Shown here piece by piece: positions 51,610 through 59,752 of a stretch of DNA of 64,000 bases (positions are counted from its first letter, which is position 1; the number at the start of each line of letters is the position of its first letter). This DNA is from Acidobacteriota bacterium. GTDB lineage: Bacteria > Acidobacteriota > Thermoanaerobaculia > UBA5066. The DNA lies in contig RHKY01000005.1 of the NCBI GenBank assembly GCA_008363385.1, positions 18,254-82,253 of the forward strand. The letters are read 5' to 3'. The position numbers and the translations under genes are program-made. The notes beneath the pieces were generated by a model. That model made no database searches, was not told where the DNA came from, and saw nothing but the letters and a program-made list of their open reading frames with translations.

Positions 51610-52863
51610 GTGGCTCGCTTCGTCTTCGCCTGCAACGAGTGCTCCGCCCGGCTCGAGGAGGAGCGCTCCCTCACCGTCTGCCCCTCGTGCGCGAGGCTCC
51701 AGGAGCCGGGCGGCCCGACGCGCGGCGTCCTCCGCGTCGAGCTCCTCGAGCCTCCGCGCGCCTGGCCCACGACGCCCCTCGACGGCCCCGAGGCGCTCGC
51801 GGCGTTCCTGCCCCTCGAAGGCCCCGACTCCCTCTTCGGCTACCCCGTCGGCGGGACGCCGCTCCTCCCGGCGCCTGGCCTGCGCCGGCGCCTGGGGATG
51901 CCGCGCCTCTTCGTGAAGGACGACTCGCGGAACCCGAGCGGGTCGACGAAGGACCGGGCCTCCCTCCTCGTCGTCGCCAAGGCGCGCGAGTACGGGTACG
52001 ACACCGCGGCCGCCGCCTCGACCGGGAACGCCGCGACGGCGCTCTCGGCCGTCGGCGCTGCGGCGGGGGTCCGGACGGTCGTCTTCGTCCCGGCCTCGGC
52101 CCCGCTCGCCAAGCTCGTCCAGATGGCCAGCTACGGCGCCACGCTCGTCCCCGTCGACGGGACGTACGACCAGGCCTTCGAGCTCTCGCTCGCCGCCTGC
52201 GCGCGGTTCGGCTGGTACAACCGGAACACGGCGCTGAACCCGTTCACGGTCGAGGGGAAGAAGACGGCCGCCCTGGAGATCGCGAAAGACCTCCTCCCCG
52301 AGGAGCCCGACGCCGTCGTCGTCCCGACGGGGGACGGCGTGATCCTCGCCGGCGTCGCCAAGGGGTTCCGGGACCTGGTGGCCGGCGGCCTCCTCTCGCG
52401 AACGCCCCGCCTGATCGCCGTCCAGCCGGAGGGATCGGGGCCGATCGCGCGGGCGCTGAAGTCGGGGGCGGACGGGATCACGCCGGAGCCCGGGGCGGCG
52501 AGCGTCGCCGACAGCCTCGTCGTCGCGGCCCCGCGCAACGCGATCCTCTGCCTGAAGGAGGTCCGCGCCTCGGGGGGGGCCGGCGTCCTCGTCGGCGACG
52601 AGGAGATCCTCGACGCCCTCTCGCTCCTGGCGCGTTCCGCCGGTGTCTTCGCCGAGCCGGCCGCGGCCGCCGGCCTGGCCGGCCTCCTCGCCGCCCGCGA
52701 GGAGGGTCTCGTCGACCCCGGCGAGCGCGTGGTCCTCCTCGTCACCGGGACCGGCCTCAAGGACGTGGGCGCGGCCCGCCGCAGAGTGACGATCCCCCCG
52801 GCGGTCCTCCCCACCCTCGAGGCCGTCGAGGCGGTCCTCCGCGAGGCTCCGGCGGCGCGGTAG
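51610..52863 (+). CDS. Threonine-synthase-like PLP enzyme with N-terminal zinc ribbon
   Basis: CNEC...CPSC ribbon. RNPSGSTKDRASL (PLP Lys), ASTGNAA and PTGDGVILAG. The GTG start at 51610 is the first plausible start. Confidence 0.8.
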   Translation: MARFVFACNECSARLEEERSLTVCPSCARLQEPGGPTRGVLRVELLEPPRAWPTTPLDGPEALAAFLPLEGPDSLFGYPVGGTPLLPAPGLRRRLGMPRLFVKDDSRNPSGSTKDRASLLVVAKAREYGYDTAAAASTGNAATALSAVGAAAGVRTVVFVPASAPLAKLVQMASYGATLVPVDGTYDQAFELSLAACARFGWYNRNTALNPFTVEGKKTAALEIAKDLLPEEPDAVVVPTGDGVILAGVAKGFRDLVAGGLLSRTPRLIAVQPEGSGPIARALKSGADGITPEPGAASVADSLVVAAPRNAILCLKEVRASGGAGVLVGDEEILDALSLLARSAGVFAEPAAAAGLAGLLAAREEGLVDPGERVVLLVTGTGLKDVGAARRRVTIPPAVLPTLEAVEAVLREAPAAR

Positions 52864-52875
52864 CGCTCTGGGCCC

Positions 52876-53487
52876 CTACTCGAACCGGCACTCCAGCGCG
52901 TCGCGAGGTAGGAGCCCGGCCGTCGTCCGGCTCTTCCCCACGTAGCGCGCAAGGAGCCACTTCTCGCCCCCCTCGTTGACGAGCTCGAGGGCCTCGACGA
53001 CGTCGCCCTCGACGACGTACGCCCGCCGCTCCTTCGGCGGGAGGGGGCCGACCGCGAGGAAGCGGACCTTCGGCTCCGTCACCTCGCACCGGAAGGCCGG
53101 CTTCCAGCCCTCCTCGACGAACGAGTCGCCGGGCCAGCCCGCCCCGCAGAACGAGGCGATCCCGCCCGTCGTCGTCACCGTCACCTTCTTCGCCCTGGTC
53201 GTGAAGGTGACCGTCCCCTGGTCGTCCCGGTACTCCCACCTCCCGTCCCCGGCGAAGCCGGCCACCCCGATCCCGTCGCACGTGTGGGCCGTGGCGCCGA
53301 AGACGGCCGAGTACGAGAAGGAGAGCGTGTCCCCGGCGCGCATCAGGGCGAGCGGGCCGTGGTGGCCGTACCAGACGCCGGTCGGGTCGAACCCCCTCTC
53401 GTCGGGAGCCTGGGCGGGAGCCCCCCGGGCGGCGAGCGAGAGCGCGACGAGCACCGGGGCCAGCCGGACGAGCGAGCGTCCCTTCAC
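52876..53487 (-). CDS. Secreted hypothetical protein
   Basis: AGGAGGG RBS, a GTG start and signal peptide LVRLAPVLVALSLAARGAPAQA. Normal composition, four Cys. Confidence 0.55.
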   Translation of the reverse strand: MKGRSLVRLAPVLVALSLAARGAPAQAPDERGFDPTGVWYGHHGPLALMRAGDTLSFSYSAVFGATAHTCDGIGVAGFAGDGRWEYRDDQGTVTFTTRAKKVTVTTTGGIASFCGAGWPGDSFVEEGWKPAFRCEVTEPKVRFLAVGPLPPKERRAYVVEGDVVEALELVNEGGEKWLLARYVGKSRTTAGLLPRDALECRFE

Positions 53488-53945
53488 GGAGCCCTCCTGC
53501 CGGCTCCAGCCGGAGGCTCGCAGGGGGACTCCCGGAAGGCCCCGATCCACTCGACCGGACCGGTCTCGTCGCCCCTCGTCTTCACGCTGACGACCGCGCA
53601 GAACCTCGCCCCGGGGGCCGGGGGCCTCCGGAAGGCGAGGAAGGTGAGGACGACCGCCGTGGTCGGGGCGACCCGCGGCTCGCCCCAGGCGGCGCGGACC
53701 TCGTCGAGGCCGATCGAGCCCGGGACGGCCAGGCGCGCCTCCACGTTGGCGGCCTCGCCCGTCTCGCGGTCGCGGCTGACGACGACGTCCGAAAGGCGCG
53801 GGTCGGACGGCCGGACGAGGACGGCGTCGGCGTACTCGGCCTCGATCGCCCCGAAACGCGCGGCCATCTCCAGGGCGGGCACCCCCTCCCCGCTGACGGC
53901 GTCGTGGATGCGCACGAGGAGGTCCAGCAGCGACTCCCCGCTCAT
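53484..53945 (-). CDS. Hypothetical protein
   Basis: GGAGGG RBS, then ATG (MSGESLLDLLVRIHDAV...). The stop overlaps the downstream GTG (GTGA). No family recognised. Confidence 0.45.
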   Translation of the reverse strand: MSGESLLDLLVRIHDAVSGEGVPALEMAARFGAIEAEYADAVLVRPSDPRLSDVVVSRDRETGEAANVEARLAVPGSIGLDEVRAAWGEPRVAPTTAVVLTFLAFRRPPAPGARFCAVVSVKTRGDETGPVEWIGAFRESPCEPPAGAGRRAP

Positions 53946-54082
53946 GAAGCCCTCCGCCGCCGGCGGGGCGTCCCGGCCCCCTCTCGGGCGCCGCCGGAGG
54001 CGCAGACAGCATAGCGCCGGTCCGGCGGAGGCTCCGATAAGCTCCGTGAGCGACCGCCGGGCGAAGGGGGGAAGCACCGGAC

Positions 54083-54472
54083 TTGAGACGCGCGGCCCTG
54101 GCCATCGACCTCCTCGGCGCCCTCTCCACGCTCGCCCTCGTGGCGTGGAAAGGGCGGGTCTGGGAGGAGCCGCACGGGCTCCTCACCCTCCTCCCCCTGA
54201 CGCTCTTCACCCTCGCCCCGTACGCGCTGGCGGGCCTGGCGGTCCGGCTGGCGCGGGGGCCCGGGTCGTCGCTGGCCGCCCTCGCGGGCTGCGCGCTCTC
54301 GACCGCGTTCGGCCTCGTGGTCTACGCGGACGCCCTCCTGACGAGCGAGAACCCGCTGAACCTCCTCGTCTTCCTCGCCGTCCCGGTGGTCCAGGCCGGC
54401 ATCGCCGGGACCGCCCTCCTCCTCGCGGCGCTCCTGGCGCGGCGGGAGGGACGGCAGGCCACGGCGCGGTAA
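54083..54472 (+). CDS. Small integral membrane protein (about 4 TM)
   Basis: Four hydrophobic segments. TTG start. No family recognised. Confidence 0.45.
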   Translation: MRRAALAIDLLGALSTLALVAWKGRVWEEPHGLLTLLPLTLFTLAPYALAGLAVRLARGPGSSLAALAGCALSTAFGLVVYADALLTSENPLNLLVFLAVPVVQAGIAGTALLLAALLARREGRQATAR

Positions 54473-54642
54473 CGCGGCCGCGCGGGCGGGCGCGGAGGTA
54501 TCCTAGGCGGGTCGGCGCGGCGCTCCGGCCTCCCGATGTCTTCGCGGCCTCCCGACCCCCCGCACGCCCGCGGGCGCTTCCTCGATCGGTTGCGCCGCCG
54601 GTGCGGGAGCACCCGGCGGGACGGCCCGGTCCTCCCCGGGCC

Positions 54643-54867
54643 TCAGCCCTTCCCGCCGAGGAGCTTCGTGATCTCGCCCGGGTCCGGGAACCGCCCGGTC
54701 GCGTGCTTGGAGAAGACGAGCTTCCCGTCCGCGGCGACGTCGAAGACGCCGCCGGACCCCGCGATCAGCTTCGCCCTCATCCCGAGGGCCTTCTCGAGCT
54801 CGGCCGCCAGACCGGCGGCCCTGGGCTCGTAGTTTCAGACGGTGCAGTAGGTGATCTCGACCTTCAC
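54643..54867 (-). CDS. SelW/Rdx-family selenoprotein (CxxU), in-frame TGA at 54835-54837
   Basis: GGGAGGG RBS, then GTG. The product is MKVEITYCTVUNYEPRAAGLAAELEKALGMRAKLIAGSGGVFDVAADGKLVFSKHATGRFPDPGEITKLLGGKG, 74 aa. It matches the Rdx pattern: IxYCxxUxY...G.F.V..dG.lvfSK...G.FP. A SECIS-like hairpin follows the TGA. Confidence 0.85.
54795..54829 (-). ncRNA. Bacterial SECIS-like mRNA hairpin
   Basis: In the mRNA, the upper stem is GGCCGCC-GGUCU-GGCGGCC, 7 bp, starting 14 nt after the UGA. The lower stem is CGAGC/GCUCG. The apical loop GGUCU resembles the E. coli fdhF SECIS loop as I recall it. Confidence 0.75.
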
Positions 54868-54901
54868 GAGTCCCTCCCGCGCCGATTCTAGAGGTGACGA
54901 C

Positions 54902-57397
54902 ATGAAAGCGACCTCCTCGCCGACCTTCCTGACCCCCGCTCAGCTCCTCTCCGAGATGGAGCGCTGCCTGTTCTGCGAGGAGAAGCCGTGCAAGGAGGCC
55001 TGCCCGGCCGACTGCTCGCCGGCCGACTTCATCATGGCCGCGCGGGTGGGCGAGCCGTCCGACTGGCGGCGCGCCGCGGGGCTGATCCTCTCGGAGAACC
55101 CGCTCGGCGGCGTCTGCGGGGCCGTCTGCCCCGACCGGCACTGCATGGCCGCCTGCTCGCGGAAGACGTTCGACCGGCCGGTCCTGATCCCCGAGATCCA
55201 GGCCCAGGTCGTGGAGAACGCCAAGGAGACGGGCGTGATGCCCGCGTTCCGCCACGCGGCCCCGACCGGGAAGAAGGTCGCGGTCGTCGGCGCGGGCCCG
55301 GCGGGCCTCGGCGCCGCGGCTCTCCTCGCCCAGCAGGGCCACGCGGTCACGATCTTCGAGGCCGGGGACCGGCCGGGCGGGATGTGCCTCTTGATCCCGG
55401 ACTCCCGGCTCCCGAAGCGGGTCCTCTTCTCGGACATCGACTTCCTGCTGGGCCTGGGCGACATCCGCCTGGAGACGCACGCGCGGGTGACCGAGCCGGT
55501 GGAGCTCCGCTCCGCCGGCTTCGACGCCGTCCTCGTCACGACGGGGCTCGACCAGCCGCTGACGCTCGGGATCCGCGGCGAGGAGCTGGCGGTCCCGTGG
55601 GCCCGCCTCCTCTTTGACCCGCCGTCCGCCCGCCTGAAGGGGAAGACGGTCGCCGTGATCGGCGGCGGGGCCGTCGCCGTCGACTGCGCCGTGACGGCGC
55701 GCTCCCGCGGGGCGGCGCGGGTCGAGCTCTTCGCGCTCGAGAGCCTCTCGGAGATGCCGCTGACGGCCAAGGAGCGGAAGGAGCTCCTCGACGCCGGCGT
55801 CGAGGTGACGGGCCGGACGCGGGTGACCGAGATCCGGAGGAAGGACGGCTCGGTCGACGGGATCGTCACGCTGAAGGTGGAGCTGCCGCGCGGGCGGAAG
55901 TTCCACCCGTCGGCCGTGGCCGACGTCGGCGGGACACGCCTCGTCCGCCCCGACGTGAACGCGGTGGTCCTCGCCATCGGGGCCCGCCCGTCGGCCCGCT
56001 CGCGCGGGAAGGCCCGCTTCTACGCCGGGGACATGGAGAACGGCCCGACGACGGTCGTCGAGGCGGTGGCCGCGGGGAAGAACGCGGCCACCCTCGTCGA
56101 CGCCTACCTCGACGGCGAGCGGAAGGTCCTGATCCAGAAGCGGACGAAGGCGCGCGTCCCGCTCCCGGGCCTCGTGAAGACGCCGGTCCCGCTCGACGCC
56201 GACTTCTTCGGCCGCCCGATCCCCTCGCCGTTCCTCCTCTCGGCCGCCCCGCCCACCGACGGCTACGACCAGATGCGGAAGGCCTACGAGGCCGGCTGGG
56301 CCGGCGGCGTGATGAAGACTGCCTTCGACGGCCTCCCGATCCACATCCCGGCCCGGTACATGTTCGCGTTCACGCCGGCGACGTACGGCAACTGCGACAA
56401 CGTGTCCGGCCACCCGCTGGACCGCGTCCGCCGCGAGGTGGAGCGGCTGGTGACGGAGTTCCCGGACCGGCTGACGCTCGCCTCCACCGGCGGCAGCGTG
56501 ACGGGCGACGACGAGGCCGACCGGCGCTCCTGGCAGTCGAACACGCGGAAGCTCGAGAGCTGCGGCGCCATGGGGATCGAGTACTCCCTCTCCTGCCCGC
56601 AGGGGGGCGACGGGACGAAGGGGGACATCGTCTCGCAGGACGCCGAGCTGACCGCGAAGATCGTCGGCTGGGTGCTGGAGGCGGGGAGGGCGGACGTCCC
56701 GAAGCTCTTCAAGCTGACGGGGGCCGTCACCGCGATCCGGCCGATCGTGGCGGCCGTGAAGGCGGTCCTCGAGAAGCACCCGGGGAAGAAGGCCGGCGTG
56801 ACCCTGGCGAACACGTTCCCGACGCTCGCCTTCCGGAAGGGGGAGAAGCCGTCGTGGGAGGAGGGGGTCGTCGTCGGGATGAGCGGCGAGGGGGTGGCGC
56901 CGATCTCGAACCTGACGCTCGCCAACGTGGCCGGGAGCGGCGTCACGGTCTCGGGGAACGGCGGGCCGATGGACTACAAGGCCGCCGCCCACTTCCTGGC
57001 GCTGGGCGCCTCGACCGTCCAGTTCTGCACGGTCGTCATGAAGCACGGCTACGGGATCGTCCACGACCTCCACTCGGGCCTCTCGCACCTGATGGCCGAC
57101 CGGGGCTACCGGAGCGTCGCCGAGCTCGTCGGCTGCGCCCTCCCCCACCCCGTCACCGGCTTCATGGAGCTGCCGTCGAAGAAGCCGATCTCGGCGGTGG
57201 ACCGCGACGTCTGCGAGCACTGCGGCAACTGCACCCGCTGCCCGTACCTGGCGATCTCGCTCGACCACGAGCTCGTCCCGGTCACCGACCCGGCGCGGTG
57301 CGTCGGCTGCTCGATCTGCGCGCAGAAGTGCTTCTCCGGGGCGCTCTTCATGCGGGACCGGACGCCGCGCGAGCTGGCCGCGCTGGTGGAAGCGTGA
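54902..57397 (+). CDS. Fused GltD/PreT-like + PreA/DPD-like oxidoreductase (YgfK/dihydropyrimidine-dehydrogenase-like)
   Basis: N-terminal Fe-S Cys clusters. FAD/NAD motifs VAVVGAGPAGLGAA and VAVIGGGAVAVDCA. A DHOD/DPD-like TIM barrel. C-terminal ferredoxin CEHCGNCTRCP...CVGCSICAQKC. Confidence 0.85.
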   Translation: MKATSSPTFLTPAQLLSEMERCLFCEEKPCKEACPADCSPADFIMAARVGEPSDWRRAAGLILSENPLGGVCGAVCPDRHCMAACSRKTFDRPVLIPEIQAQVVENAKETGVMPAFRHAAPTGKKVAVVGAGPAGLGAAALLAQQGHAVTIFEAGDRPGGMCLLIPDSRLPKRVLFSDIDFLLGLGDIRLETHARVTEPVELRSAGFDAVLVTTGLDQPLTLGIRGEELAVPWARLLFDPPSARLKGKTVAVIGGGAVAVDCAVTARSRGAARVELFALESLSEMPLTAKERKELLDAGVEVTGRTRVTEIRRKDGSVDGIVTLKVELPRGRKFHPSAVADVGGTRLVRPDVNAVVLAIGARPSARSRGKARFYAGDMENGPTTVVEAVAAGKNAATLVDAYLDGERKVLIQKRTKARVPLPGLVKTPVPLDADFFGRPIPSPFLLSAAPPTDGYDQMRKAYEAGWAGGVMKTAFDGLPIHIPARYMFAFTPATYGNCDNVSGHPLDRVRREVERLVTEFPDRLTLASTGGSVTGDDEADRRSWQSNTRKLESCGAMGIEYSLSCPQGGDGTKGDIVSQDAELTAKIVGWVLEAGRADVPKLFKLTGAVTAIRPIVAAVKAVLEKHPGKKAGVTLANTFPTLAFRKGEKPSWEEGVVVGMSGEGVAPISNLTLANVAGSGVTVSGNGGPMDYKAAAHFLALGASTVQFCTVVMKHGYGIVHDLHSGLSHLMADRGYRSVAELVGCALPHPVTGFMELPSKKPISAVDRDVCEHCGNCTRCPYLAISLDHELVPVTDPARCVGCSICAQKCFSGALFMRDRTPRELAALVEA

Positions 57398-57419
57398 GGC
57401 GGGACGGGAGGAGGGAGCC

Positions 57420-58751
57420 GTGAGCGAGAGACTCCTGGTCCGGGGCGGGACCGTCGTCACGCTGGGCGAGCCGAACCGGGTCCTCCCGGGGCACGACGTC
57501 CTGTGCGAGGGCGGGCTCGTCGCGCGCGTGGCGCCCTCGGCCGACCTCCCCGAGGAGGGGGTCCGCGTCGTCGACGCCCGCGGGAAGGTCGTCCTCCCCG
57601 GCTTCGTCAACGTCCACATGCACTTCTACTCGACGATGGTCCGCGGCCTCGGCAAGGCCGCCCCGTCGAAGGACTTCGACGAGGTGCTGAAGAACCTCTG
57701 GTGGCGGCTCGACCGCAAGCTGACCGTGGAGGACTGCCGGTACTCGGCCCTCGTCCCGCTGATCGAGGCCGTCCGGCACGGGACGACGACGCTGATCGAC
57801 CACCACGCGAGCCCCTTCGCCGCGCGCGGCTCGCTCGCGGCGATCGCGGACGCCGTCACGCAGGTCGGGCTGCGCGCCTCGCTCTGCTACGAGGTCTCCG
57901 ACCGGGACGGGGAGAAGGTGGCCCAGGACGGGCTCGACGAGAACGTCGACTGGCTGAAGTCCTGCGCGGCGCGGGGCGGGAACCGGCTGAAGGGCCTCTT
58001 CGGCCTCCACGCCGCGTTCACGATCGGGGACGCGACGCTCGCCAAGGCCGCCGAGCTGGGGCGCTCGCTCGGGGCCGGTTTCCACGTCCACGTCGCCGAG
58101 GCCCGCTCGGACCAGGAGCACAGCGTGGCGACGCACGGCCGGCGCGTCGTCGAGCGGCTCCACGAGCACGGGATCCTGGGGCCGAGGACGATCGCGGCCC
58201 ACTGCGTCCACGTCGACGCGCGCGAGCGGGCGCTCCTGGCCCAGACCGGGACCGCGGTCGCCCACAACCCGCAGTCGAACCTGAACAACGCGGTCGGCGT
58301 CGCGGACCTCCCCGCGCTGGCCCGGGAGGGCGTCCTCCTCGGCCTCGGGACCGACGCGATGACGGTGAACATGCTGGAGGAGGTCCGCGCCGCCCTCTTC
58401 GCCCAGCACCTGGGGCGCGAGAACCCGAGCGCGGCGTGGGGCGAGGTGACGACCGCCCTCCTCCGGGGGAACGCGGCCATCGCCAACCGGTACTTCGACC
58501 CGCCCGTCGGCGAGGTGCGCGAGGGCTTCTGCGCCGACCTCGCCCTGGTCGACTACCACCCGCCGACCCCGTTCGACGAGGCGACGTTCCAGGGGCACCT
58601 CCTCTTCGGCCTCTCGCAGTCGACCGTCGACACGACGATCGCGGGGGGGAGGGTCCTGATGGAGGGCAAGCGCCTCCTCCTCGACCTCGACGAGGCGGAG
58701 GTGGCGGCCCGCTCGCGCGAGCTGGCCGCGAGGCTCTGGGAGCGCTTCTAG
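57420..58751 (+). CDS. ssnA: SsnA-type aminohydrolase (amidohydrolase superfamily, chlorohydrolase/deaminase branch)
   Basis: LPGFVNVHMHFYS (HxH), HVHVAE, AAHCVH and GLGTDA metal-ligand pattern. Confidence 0.8.
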   Translation: MSERLLVRGGTVVTLGEPNRVLPGHDVLCEGGLVARVAPSADLPEEGVRVVDARGKVVLPGFVNVHMHFYSTMVRGLGKAAPSKDFDEVLKNLWWRLDRKLTVEDCRYSALVPLIEAVRHGTTTLIDHHASPFAARGSLAAIADAVTQVGLRASLCYEVSDRDGEKVAQDGLDENVDWLKSCAARGGNRLKGLFGLHAAFTIGDATLAKAAELGRSLGAGFHVHVAEARSDQEHSVATHGRRVVERLHEHGILGPRTIAAHCVHVDARERALLAQTGTAVAHNPQSNLNNAVGVADLPALAREGVLLGLGTDAMTVNMLEEVRAALFAQHLGRENPSAAWGEVTTALLRGNAAIANRYFDPPVGEVREGFCADLALVDYHPPTPFDEATFQGHLLFGLSQSTVDTTIAGGRVLMEGKRLLLDLDEAEVAARSRELAARLWERF

Positions 58752-58782
58752 GCGCGTCCGCCGCGCGGTCTACCATCGGGCG

Positions 58783-59685
58783 GTGAGGGAGCGCCTCCGC
58801 CCAGCGGTCCTCCTCGCCTTCGCGGCGGTCTGGCTGATCTGGGGCTCGACGTACCTGGCGATCCGGGTCGTCCTGGAGACGCTGCCGCCGTTCACGATGG
58901 CCGGCGTCCGGTTCGTCGCCGCCGGGCTCCTGCTCGGCGCCTTCTCCCTCGCCCGCGGGGCCGCGCGTCCCACGCGGGCGCAGTGGGGCACGGCCCTCGT
59001 CCTGGGCGGGCTCCTCTTCCTCGGCGGGAACGGCGCGGTCGTCTGGGCCGAGCAGCGGATCGCCTCGGGCCTGGCGGCCCTCCTGGTGGCGATCGAGCCG
59101 CTCTGGGTCGTCCTCCTCCAGGCCCGGAGCGGGGCGGGCCGGCCGAGCGCCCGCGCCGTCCTCGGCGTCGTCCTCGGCATCGCCGGCCTCCTCGTCCTGA
59201 TCGGCCCTTGGAACCTCGGCGCCTCGGACCGGGTGGACCTGGCCGGCTCCGTCGTCGTCGTCGCGGGGTCCCTCTCCTGGGCGATCGGGTCGCTGGCGGG
59301 CCGGACCGCGAAGCTCCCGGAGCCTCCCCCGCTCGCCGCCGCCACCCAGATGCTCGCCGGCGGGGCCCTCCTCCTCGTCGCGGGGCTCGCGGCGGGCGAG
59401 CCGGCCCGGGTCGTCTGGAGCGCGGTCTCGCTCCGGTCGGTCCTCGCGCTCGCCTACCTCGCCCTCTTCGGCTCGATCGTCGCCTTCACGGCCTACCTCT
59501 TCCTCCTGCGGCAGGTGAGCCCGGCGCGGGCCTCGACGTACGCCTTCGTCAACCCGGTGGTGGCGGTCGTCCTCGGCGCCTGGCTGGGCGGAGAGCCGCT
59601 GACGCCGCGCCTGCTCGCGGCGGGGGCCCTGATCGTCGGCGCCGTCGTCCTCATCACGCTCGGCGAGCGGGGCGCGAAGGGCTGA
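58783..59685 (+). CDS. EamA/DMT-family transporter
   Basis: Ten hydrophobic helices in two EamA-like halves. Confidence 0.8.
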   Translation: MRERLRPAVLLAFAAVWLIWGSTYLAIRVVLETLPPFTMAGVRFVAAGLLLGAFSLARGAARPTRAQWGTALVLGGLLFLGGNGAVVWAEQRIASGLAALLVAIEPLWVVLLQARSGAGRPSARAVLGVVLGIAGLLVLIGPWNLGASDRVDLAGSVVVVAGSLSWAIGSLAGRTAKLPEPPPLAAATQMLAGGALLLVAGLAAGEPARVVWSAVSLRSVLALAYLALFGSIVAFTAYLFLLRQVSPARASTYAFVNPVVAVVLGAWLGGEPLTPRLLAAGALIVGAVVLITLGERGAKG

Positions 59686-59752
59686 GGGACGGGCGTCCCT
59701 CCGGCCCCCGGCTCGCTACAATCGGGAAAACCGAGGACACGGAGGTCGAACG

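Noticed and set aside
54503-57619. 1038-aa minus-strand ORF opposite the DPD/YgfK-like gene
   Set aside because: Arg/Gly/Pro-rich shadow. It also masks the real small selenoprotein gene, which is in another frame.
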